Shown here one piece after another: positions 28,397-35,606 of a stretch of 38,239 nt of DNA (its first letter is position 1; every line of letters begins with the position of its first letter). The notes beneath the pieces were generated by a model. It did not search any database and had not been told where the DNA came from. It saw nothing but the letters and a program-made list of their open reading frames with translations. The position numbers and the translations under genes are program-made. Origin of the DNA: Verrucomicrobiota bacterium (GTDB taxonomy: Bacteria > Verrucomicrobiota > Verrucomicrobiia > Opitutales > Cerasicoccaceae); assembly GCA_039818205.1 (NCBI GenBank), contig JBCBUK010000024.1, forward strand, positions 1 through 38,239, written 5' to 3'.

Positions 28397-28430
28397 AAAA
28401 CCAGCCTTCCCGATCAACGCGGAAGGCTGG
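28397..28430 (-). terminator. Hairpin/intrinsic terminator between the GH16 and helical-repeat genes
   Basis: Perfect 10-bp stem CCAGCCTTCC/GGAAGGCTGG followed by TTTT on the minus strand. Confidence 0.65.
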
Positions 28431-28458
28431 CTGCAAACTCTCATCTTGCGCTAGACGA

Positions 28459-29346
28459 TTACTTCCACTTGTAGTGATAGAAGTAGTCGACGTGCATCCA
28501 AGAGTCACCCTTATAATAGGTCCAAGATGCGGGCACGAAGTACGGATTACTCAAAATCCAATACTGGCGCGAACGGCAGGTATAGAGCAGCTTGCCGGGC
28601 GTGTTCTCGTAACTCGAATACCATATTTTTGGCCCTCGCTTGACCCATCTACCATTCGTAAATTCCCAAGTTTGCATGTAGGAATCGCCTCGGTATTCGA
28701 GACCGATTATCTTCCAACTTGAGTGATCGGGTGCTGCATATTCATCGAAGAAATGAGGCCATTGCGATCTGGGGAGGGTAACGTTATTCACTCGTGGAAT
28801 CATGTGTGAATCCCAGCCATATTTGCCATTCGACCATTCCATGAAATCGATCTCAACCCAATTCTTAGGGACTGGGTTCAATTGTTTTCCAGCCATGTTA
28901 AAAGGTGAACTCCAAATCGCCGGATGCCACGGCGTAGAATTCCTGCCGTTAAAGCCACCAATCAGCCGGAACTTCGCGATATAGAAGCCATAGTGAGCAG
29001 AGTTCTGGGACGAGATACCACCGCCTTTTTTAGTACTAGCAGAACCTCGAAGGCTCACGAACGACGTGCCGTTCTGATTTACGATATAGGCATACGATGA
29101 ACCAACTCCAACACCAACAGTACTCGGATCACCTAGTGTTCGATAGGTCCACTTCGAAAAATCAAGGGAATTAAAGTTATCGGATACTGACCAATCAATG
29201 CTGGGCTGGTATTTAGAAGCAACCTCAGCTGGTGGCTTCGTGGGGTCGGTGTTCGCACTCAGCTGAAAAGGCACCGTAAAGGCACCGAAGGCGAGACAAG
29301 CAGTAAGGAGTCTCACTTTATTTCTTATCGGGGATATATTCTTCAT
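28459..29346 (-). CDS. Secreted glycoside hydrolase family 16-like protein
   Basis: Signal peptide; SDNFNSLDFSKW, HYGFYIAKF, WHPAIW, catalytic EIDFME (ExDxxE), MHVDYF. Confidence 0.8.
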   Translation of the reverse strand: MKNISPIRNKVRLLTACLAFGAFTVPFQLSANTDPTKPPAEVASKYQPSIDWSVSDNFNSLDFSKWTYRTLGDPSTVGVGVGSSYAYIVNQNGTSFVSLRGSASTKKGGGISSQNSAHYGFYIAKFRLIGGFNGRNSTPWHPAIWSSPFNMAGKQLNPVPKNWVEIDFMEWSNGKYGWDSHMIPRVNNVTLPRSQWPHFFDEYAAPDHSSWKIIGLEYRGDSYMQTWEFTNGRWVKRGPKIWYSSYENTPGKLLYTCRSRQYWILSNPYFVPASWTYYKGDSWMHVDYFYHYKWK

Positions 29347-30053
29347 ATGAGGTATATTTGTTTGTATTACATTTCGCAGTGGTTGCGAAAAACTAAAAAC
29401 CCCATGAATGGGACCAAAAGGTCCGCCTTCCGATACTCATCATGAAATGTGTATTGGAGGCAGAAAGAAACACCGTGATTAGATGCAACTTGGGGCAGGT
29501 TAAATTGGGTAGAGAAAAACCAAAACATACAAGTTTACATGCGAAAATCATACGCCAATATGCGTATATTTCATGCACATTCACGCAATGCCACCGGGCG
29601 ATCAAATCACGACCAACAAACGGCATGTACCAACCCATAAGGTAGTCGGTCAGCTTTCTGTCCCGTCGCAACTAAGACGAAAGCCGCCCCTTCCGTATCA
29701 TCGGAAAGGACCAGCTAAATACAATTGTTCAAACTAAGCGTTCACTTCGACATGCTGTTATAGAAGGAGCAAACAGGCATTCTGAAGTCGCCATGGCGGT
29801 AGACCCAACTCGCATGATACCAATATCCTAAATGCGAGAAGCCTCATTACATCAACAGCTACTCACAATTCCCAATTTTTGAAGCTAAAACACTCATTAA
29901 GCACTCTTTACTGCCGGTAAAGGGAAAAACTGGTTCACAACCACAACAGTTAGGCCCTGGACATACAAAAATGATCCACATACCAAGTTGAAAAACTCTC
30001 GAGAACCAACACAAGCCCCCTCAATGCGCTGTCATTCAACAGCTCACAAAAAC

Positions 30054-30070
30054 TGGTCGGGCTGAGAGGA
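30054..30070 (-). repeat. att repeat R4: 17-bp tRNA-Pro-like 3' end marking the prophage boundary
   Basis: tggtcgggctgagagga is identical to 15554-15570; followed by a different arm with cggtta direct repeats at 30109 and 30120. Confidence 0.85.
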
Positions 30071-30172
30071 CCCGCCCAATCTCATTATTAAAAGGGCTTC
30101 TTGGCTTTCGGTTAAAAAACGGTTACTGTTTCTCAGAGTAAAACAGAGTCCGGACCGCCTTCCAGGTCTCCC

Positions 30173-30202
30173 AAAGAAAAAGCTGCCCATGTCTAAGGCA
30201 GC
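30173..30202 (-). terminator. Intrinsic terminator of the prophage late operon
   Basis: The minus strand reads GCTGCC-ttagacatg-GGCAGC-TTTTTCTTT. Confidence 0.75.
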
Positions 30203-30267
30203 ATTTCAAGTGGACGCACGCATTCGGCCAGTGCTCTCCAGCGGCTATTCTTTCGGCGGTCTTGGCA

Positions 30268-30528
30268 TCATTCTCCATCCCGCGCCAATGTGATCCGCAA
30301 CTCCATGATTGCTTCTTTCAGCTCTTCGGTAGCCTCGGTTTGCCTGGTGATCGATTGGCGGAACTCTGATATCGCGTGGCTCTGGCTGAGGTTCGTATCC
30401 GAATTCTCGCGGGTCTCGTCCCTAACCTGCCGGTAATCGCTGCCGACTATGTAAGCAGCAAAGACGATCGCAACCGCCCCGCCAATGACAATCCAAGTTT
30501 GAAGCTTCTGCTTTGCGTCCGTGGTCAT
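30268..30528 (-). CDS. Phage membrane protein (one TM + coiled coil; holin- or i-spanin-like)
   Basis: TM WIVIGGAVAIVFAAYIVG then a heptad-like tail; 4-nt overlap with the upstream gene. Confidence 0.6.
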   Translation of the reverse strand: MTTDAKQKLQTWIVIGGAVAIVFAAYIVGSDYRQVRDETRENSDTNLSQSHAISEFRQSITRQTEATEELKEAIMELRITLARDGE

Positions 30529-30962
30529 TTCAAAACGCGCCCGTAGGCGACTACTTTGCCAATGTATTGTGTTTCTGTGAGCACCAGAGAGTCGGGTAGA
30601 GTATTGTTGTCCCCCTGGGTCATCCAGTGACTTCCTAGCCGCTGAACAAGTCGGTGCACAGTAGGCATGCCCCCATGCTGGTAGACGACAATGTCGCCCT
30701 CCTGAAGGTCGCTGAACGGGTAGTATCGATCGATCGCAATCGGGTCACCTGGCTTGAGCGTTGGAAGCATCGAGTTTCCGTAGTGCTCATTAGAAATGAC
30801 TGAGTTAAAGGCAATGCCCTCTTGCTTGACTGGCGGGGTCGAGCTGCGCTGCTTGATTGGTTGCGATGAGCACCCAGTAAGCATCAGCACGAGAAACGCA
30901 ACCACAAGCGCCGCCGCGATGCCGATCAGAATATCAACTGCGCTGGAACACCAATCTTTCAT
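30525..30962 (-). CDS. S26-family (S26B/SipW-like) signal peptidase, predicted lipoprotein
   Basis: GNSMLPTL (Ser), GDIVVY, VHRLV (His), TQGDNN...D, YIGKV; lipobox LTGC after a hydrophobic stretch. Confidence 0.8.
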   Translation of the reverse strand: MKDWCSSAVDILIGIAAALVVAFLVLMLTGCSSQPIKQRSSTPPVKQEGIAFNSVISNEHYGNSMLPTLKPGDPIAIDRYYPFSDLQEGDIVVYQHGGMPTVHRLVQRLGSHWMTQGDNNTLPDSLVLTETQYIGKVVAYGRVLK

Positions 30963-30963
30963 G

Positions 30964-31446
30964 TTATGCGCGCCGAGCTACTTGATTCCCGAAGTAGAAG
31001 CCGATGATTGCAATCAGCGCGATGTTTCGAACCGGGTCAAAGACGCTGACAACGGCATCAGGCGCAGAGCTACCGGTCTTGATCCAATTGATATGTTCCA
31101 TTGATACCTGCCAGGGCCAAAAGCCGTCAGAGGTGTCATAGTAGCCGATTACGATTTGGATTGGATCGCCAGTGAAGGCTGCCGCTAAAGCAGGGAAAGA
31201 AGGCCAAAGGAAATAGAAGGCGACAACGATCAGAGCGATTGCGCTCCGAACCCAATAGAAGCCTTTCCATTTGCCTTCATATTGGCGAGCTTGTCCTGTC
31301 GACTCCTCCGTTGCCTGAGCCTGACCGGCTCGATACTTGCGCTCCTCAGCGAGATCGGCAGCTCGCTGTGACCACATCGTCATGATCGCCGAGCCCACTA
31401 AAGAGAGAACGGCAGTGATTGCTTCGGGTGAAAGAAATGGATTCAT
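30964..31446 (-). CDS. Three-TM holin-like phage membrane protein
   Basis: Three hydrophobic segments; C-terminal IIGFYFGNQVARR resembles 3TM (GTA-type) holins. Confidence 0.55.
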   Translation of the reverse strand: MNPFLSPEAITAVLSLVGSAIMTMWSQRAADLAEERKYRAGQAQATEESTGQARQYEGKWKGFYWVRSAIALIVVAFYFLWPSFPALAAAFTGDPIQIVIGYYDTSDGFWPWQVSMEHINWIKTGSSAPDAVVSVFDPVRNIALIAIIGFYFGNQVARRA

Positions 31447-31610
31447 GGCTTGGTGAAGTCTAGAGTTGTTCCGCTATCAGATTGGGTGGCAGGTGGACGA
31501 ACCTCCTGCGTCGGCATTTCATTCGTTAGGTCAATGACCCTGCCGCCGGTTGCGCAACCCGCCAACAGGGCGAGAGAAACCGCGAAGGTGATCAGCAATA
31601 TTGCTTTCAT
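31443..31610 (-). CDS. Small Pro/Thr-rich phage lipoprotein (55 aa; o-spanin-like?)
   Basis: MKAILLITFAVSLALLAGC lipobox from ATG 31610; the longer ORF-track start overlaps the upstream gene. Confidence 0.65.
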   Translation of the reverse strand: MKAILLITFAVSLALLAGCATGGRVIDLTNEMPTQEVRPPATQSDSGTTLDFTKP

Positions 31611-31639
31611 GCCTAAGGAGTATAATGCCTGTGACTTAA

Positions 31640-31948
31640 CTATGAGTCCGCGATGATCCCAGCCCCGCCAGTCTCTCTCAGGCGGTCGCGCAAGGCCTCT
31701 ATCGTGACAGTCTGATTTGCGATGACATCGCGCATGCTCTCGACTGCGTCGCGCAAGGCCTCGCATTCCGCTTGTGTTGGATCCGCGGAGAACGTGAGCG
31801 CCGCGACTCCACCATCGGCGGGAAGGCTCGCGTCATCCACATCAGCAACCGCAGCCAGAAGGTCCAAGGGCTCAACCTCGAATGTTCCGTTGTCGGAACC
31901 CGATCTTACTTTGAGAAGTTTTCCAATATCACTATTTTCAATTGCCAT
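31640..31948 (-). CDS. Small phage fibre-like protein (head-fibre-type coiled coil)
   Basis: AAVADV...ALRDAV...IEALRDRLRETGGAGII pattern recalled from phage head-fibre/whisker proteins. Confidence 0.45.
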   Translation of the reverse strand: MAIENSDIGKLLKVRSGSDNGTFEVEPLDLLAAVADVDDASLPADGGVAALTFSADPTQAECEALRDAVESMRDVIANQTVTIEALRDRLRETGGAGIIADS

Positions 31949-31954
31949 GATTCT

Positions 31955-34726
31955 TTAAGTTTGTGGTTCAATTGCTACGTTGCCCGCGTCGTCAACCATC
32001 GCGATTCCAGAGGCATCTACCGCCTGATTGACGCCGACGATGCCAACCCAGTAGGCGTAATCGCCACGGGCACCGAATGCGTTGTTTCTGGTCGTCGATG
32101 CGACCCTCAAATCAAGACGACCAGGGGACACGGTCAGGTAGCTAAACGAAGCAGCTGTGATTCTAACCTCCTGCCAGGTATTCCCCTCGTCAAAGGACTG
32201 TTCCAGAATGTGCCATCCTGCCGTTGCCGTCCGCGGCCAGCGCACAATAACTTGATCCATCGTGTTCGACAAGGCCGTTACAGTGATCTCTGAGAGTGCT
32301 GTTACTGTCGGGTTACTTGGAATCGAAACCCGTTCGGATTCATCAACTGGCGCTGTCTCGCCATCAAAGGTGTAGATGATCGGCGCATAGTTCACCGCGG
32401 CAATCTCAAACTCACCATCCTGAAGCGGTCGCACGCGAACTACGGTCATCAGCTTGCTGAATTCATTTGCGACTCCGAACTGAACGAGAGGCGCTTCATA
32501 CTCATCGTCAAAATATAGGTTCTCAGTTGGTATCGATTCACCTGCAATTATCTGTGTCGATGTTGCCCCTTCGGTAACGCTGAAAGGTCCAAGCACATCG
32601 CCGAACTTGTCGCGGATTACAATTTGGTGACTCTCGCCTTCGGTGAAAGTTACCGGTTCGAAAAGTTCGATGGTAGCGCCGTCTATACTCTCGATAAAGG
32701 AACCTTGGCCCCACTCAAAGAGATCATGATTCACGCCTATCAGATCTCCAAACGTTGGAAGGTAGCCCTCGGTTCCAGTTCGGAAAGTGAGGTTGCGGGA
32801 ATGGTAGCGCCGCTTTGCCCTCAGATAGAGCCCCATGCGGTATGCGTTGTCTATGTTCGTGATCCCCGGAATTCTAACCTTCTCCGGGTTTTTGGGTTCT
32901 TCTGGATCGTCTGAAAGTTGGCAAAGGATTGTTTCCTCGCTACGCTCATTCTCAGACTGATACGTCACCTCAAGTGCGTCGAACTCGTCTTCACCAGGTA
33001 ACTTAATATCATAGCTAAAGCTGCCCTTTATGATGTTGTGATGGTTGAAAATATAGACCGGTAGAGTCTTGGGATTATCGCGAACCGCAGATATCTTTGA
33101 GCCATCAAAAATCGGAACTGTTCGCCCGACTGCCAAGGCTGCTTGCGCCGCCTCCCAAATCGTCGACGATGCATCAAAGATCCAATCAAAGGTGATTGCC
33201 TCGCTTTCGAAATCGTCCGCAAGTGCCTTCCACGTTTCAAGGTCAAGGTGCTCATCGCCAAGTCTACCGCCATACAGCGACTTGAAGATTTCTAGTGTCG
33301 CCCAAACGGGATTTCGGGTAGCCGTCAAATCACTCCACCCGGTTACAGGGTCCCAAATGGGGAGCTTCCGTGTCGCCCAAACGTTTATTCGTTGTGAGCT
33401 GGAATCATTCAGGTTATTAGATGCACGTATCTTAACCGCGACCATTGTTTTATCGCCAAAATTCGAGATATTCTGAAGATACGCCCGAGCCGATTCCCAT
33501 AAGAGCTTGTCTGCAACTGTATGACTGAGGCCTGCATTATTTGTCCGTCGCCCTCGAACCTGCCAACGCCCAGCGTTGGGCATGATGTATTCTTCGGTAA
33601 AGCGTTGAGGCGTGTTGGTCCTTAGCGCGTAACCTCCACCTATCTGATATTTCTTAACGGTTCGGTTTGTGGTAAAACCGTATTCATTTCCCGATTCTTC
33701 AGTAATTGTTTCCCCTGGATCTCCGAGCCCGTCGCTTGGCAGCCATTCTGCCGACTGCGAAAGGACCCAAGGCCCGGCCACTGGAGAACTACCCAGCCCG
33801 CTTATCACTTGGCGCGTAAACCGGGTTACAACCATCGAGGTTTCGGGGTTTATCCAATCCCCAAAAGAAACGCCGGAATCATCGACCTGCTGAAACTCGA
33901 CCTCATAGGTTACTTGCCGCTTGGTCAGCCCGCCAAGATCGTTTGTCACGTAGAGGCCTTCGGGAAGAACGAAATCGATTTCAATTCGGTCGGTCTGAGT
34001 TCCCGTAGGATTTAGTATAAACGGGCCAGTCCAATCGTCGAAGTTTTCTTCGTTGGGGCCGAAGAGCTCAATTGACCCGACCTCGCCCGAAGTAATCACA
34101 TTATTATCGAACAGTGCCAGGTCTTCTCCTGGGCCGACAATGTGGGCTTCTGCTTCCTGGAAGTTGGATATTTGAGAATCCTCTATCCAGATATCACTCA
34201 CCTCATAGCTTCCGTGACCAAGACACAGCAAAGCATAGAAGAATTGCTCGTTATTTATATAGCGCGTGTATGGTCGAGCCGCGTAAGATGGGAAGAAGCG
34301 ATTAAATCCAAAGCCCGCCTCCACTGGAAATCCTAACCGATTCTGATTCTGCCTGCCTTTGAAAGTAAACACTGGATCAGGCTGACCGGCATCTGCCCGG
34401 CCCGGCGTGTTAGGCGTTGGTGTTGTTGAAATCACACTCACCGCAACCGCTGCAACTACTGCTACGATCAAGCCCACAATCAAAGTTTCGATACCCTGAA
34501 CAACAGGGAAAAAGTGAACCATATCGCCATCCGAAACCCTCCTTGTTTTCCAATCGGCTCGAAGGCAAGGCTCCCCATTGACAACGCACACCGTTGGCTT
34601 GTCGAACTCCTCGAAGCCTCCGAAGTGCCAATTGAGCCATTCCCAAATTGTGACATCAAAGTCGGTGTGCACTTCTGCCCCTTGCGTTGGCCGCATCGGG
34701 TCATTGACTAGGATAAATTTTGCCAT
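31955..34726 (-). CDS. Tail tip/host-specificity protein (lambda gpJ-like) with N-terminal gpI-like region
   Basis: N-terminal ubiquitin-like segment + TM + QNRLGFPVEAGFG; TRNPVWA; FDWIFD; PTFGDLIGV; directly follows NlpC/P60. Confidence 0.88.
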   Translation of the reverse strand: MAKFILVNDPMRPTQGAEVHTDFDVTIWEWLNWHFGGFEEFDKPTVCVVNGEPCLRADWKTRRVSDGDMVHFFPVVQGIETLIVGLIVAVVAAVAVSVISTTPTPNTPGRADAGQPDPVFTFKGRQNQNRLGFPVEAGFGFNRFFPSYAARPYTRYINNEQFFYALLCLGHGSYEVSDIWIEDSQISNFQEAEAHIVGPGEDLALFDNNVITSGEVGSIELFGPNEENFDDWTGPFILNPTGTQTDRIEIDFVLPEGLYVTNDLGGLTKRQVTYEVEFQQVDDSGVSFGDWINPETSMVVTRFTRQVISGLGSSPVAGPWVLSQSAEWLPSDGLGDPGETITEESGNEYGFTTNRTVKKYQIGGGYALRTNTPQRFTEEYIMPNAGRWQVRGRRTNNAGLSHTVADKLLWESARAYLQNISNFGDKTMVAVKIRASNNLNDSSSQRINVWATRKLPIWDPVTGWSDLTATRNPVWATLEIFKSLYGGRLGDEHLDLETWKALADDFESEAITFDWIFDASSTIWEAAQAALAVGRTVPIFDGSKISAVRDNPKTLPVYIFNHHNIIKGSFSYDIKLPGEDEFDALEVTYQSENERSEETILCQLSDDPEEPKNPEKVRIPGITNIDNAYRMGLYLRAKRRYHSRNLTFRTGTEGYLPTFGDLIGVNHDLFEWGQGSFIESIDGATIELFEPVTFTEGESHQIVIRDKFGDVLGPFSVTEGATSTQIIAGESIPTENLYFDDEYEAPLVQFGVANEFSKLMTVVRVRPLQDGEFEIAAVNYAPIIYTFDGETAPVDESERVSIPSNPTVTALSEITVTALSNTMDQVIVRWPRTATAGWHILEQSFDEGNTWQEVRITAASFSYLTVSPGRLDLRVASTTRNNAFGARGDYAYWVGIVGVNQAVDASGIAMVDDAGNVAIEPQT

Positions 34727-35106
34727 CGATAAAAGCGTATGGTTCGCCAGCCATGTTTCTTGAGAGATGCAACGCTTTGAATGACTACGCCAGTTGACTC
34801 GGGACAGTGCAGAACAAGCCCGCCGTCGATATGAAGGTGCAGTCCTACGTGCGCGATTCGTTTTCCCATGCCCATACCCACAAGCGCAAAGTCCTCAGGC
34901 TCAGCAATAGGCAGCCATTGCGGATAGTCCGAATCGTCAATGCCTTGCTCTCTGAAGGCTCTCGAACTGGTTTCGAGATACTGCGGTAAATCGATGCCCT
35001 TTTGTGTTCGGTAGGCAAAGTGCACCAACCCCCAGCAATCGAACTCATCAGGGCCAAACGCGTGCTCCTTCCAGGGCTTTGTCAAAAGTGGTGTCGTCCA
35101 ATGCAT
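34708..35106 (-). CDS. NlpC/P60 tail assembly protein (gpK-like)
   Basis: FDCWGLV, HVGL, VLHC catalytic pattern. Confidence 0.9.
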   Translation of the reverse strand: MHWTTPLLTKPWKEHAFGPDEFDCWGLVHFAYRTQKGIDLPQYLETSSRAFREQGIDDSDYPQWLPIAEPEDFALVGMGMGKRIAHVGLHLHIDGGLVLHCPESTGVVIQSVASLKKHGWRTIRFYRWQNLS

Positions 35107-35606
35107 TAATCGCCGAGGGTTGGAAAAGTCTTCCGGGTGTAGTCTTCCGTCAGAAACTGCTTATTGAGGAAGTTCCGAAATGAAGCGCGACTCGTGATTG
35201 AGAACACCGCGATTCTTGCTGCTACCAACGAAAGCGTGAGGGGGGGATCTTGGGTTGGCTTTGAAAGGTCCGAGTGCAAATACATCCGGTATGTTAGCTT
35301 CACGTCTTCATCAGATCCCTCTAGTCTATCGAGTTCATCGGTAAGCGCTTTGTCTACGTTATCGACGGCGATATTCAGATCTTGCAGGCCGTCCTCACTG
35401 CGCTCTGGTAAGGTAAAACTAAAACCCGCTGCCTTGAATGTTTGGTCCTGCCCCGTCTCAAGGGTTAGGACCATGTCTTGGCGCTGACGAACAAACCAAT
35501 AAGTTTGGGTGAATAGACTATGAGACAGCTGGAGCGTATGAATGTGAACTTCGCTCTTAGGGCACGAGGCGAATGCCTCTTTGACTGCATCATCCCATGT
35601 TGGCAT
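35106..35606 (-). CDS. DUF1833 tail protein (gpL-equivalent)
   Basis: HTLQLSHS, FKAAGFSFTLP, LNIAVDNV, YRMYLHSDLSKP, YTRKTFPTL; canonical position before NlpC/P60. Confidence 0.85.
   Translation of the reverse strand: MPTWDDAVKEAFASCPKSEVHIHTLQLSHSLFTQTYWFVRQRQDMVLTLETGQDQTFKAAGFSFTLPERSEDGLQDLNIAVDNVDKALTDELDRLEGSDEDVKLTYRMYLHSDLSKPTQDPPLTLSLVAARIAVFSITSRASFRNFLNKQFLTEDYTRKTFPTLGD

Larger units (their letters stand above)
26789..30053. mobile_element. Integrase-less cassette C (~3.3 kb): GH16 + helical-repeat gene pair between R3 and R4
   Basis: Bounded by att-like repeats; two co-oriented genes plus about 700 bp of non-coding DNA. Confidence 0.6.

Noticed and set aside
29393..30053. Short ORFs or an integrase relic in the non-coding part of cassette C
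   Set aside because: No recognisable motifs in the frames I read; small inverted repeats nearby (e.g. tttcgca/tgcgaaa at 29372-29390) are too short to assign.
15554..30070. R1-R4 as intact tRNA genes or as a CRISPR array
   Set aside because: Only the T-arm/acceptor 3' part is present, with no D or anticodon arm; the intervals are kilobases of genes and no cas genes are present.
31611..31766. N-terminal extension of the phage lipoprotein given by the ORF track
   Set aside because: It overlaps the upstream gene and would bury the signal peptide; ATG 31610 gives a clean lipoprotein.
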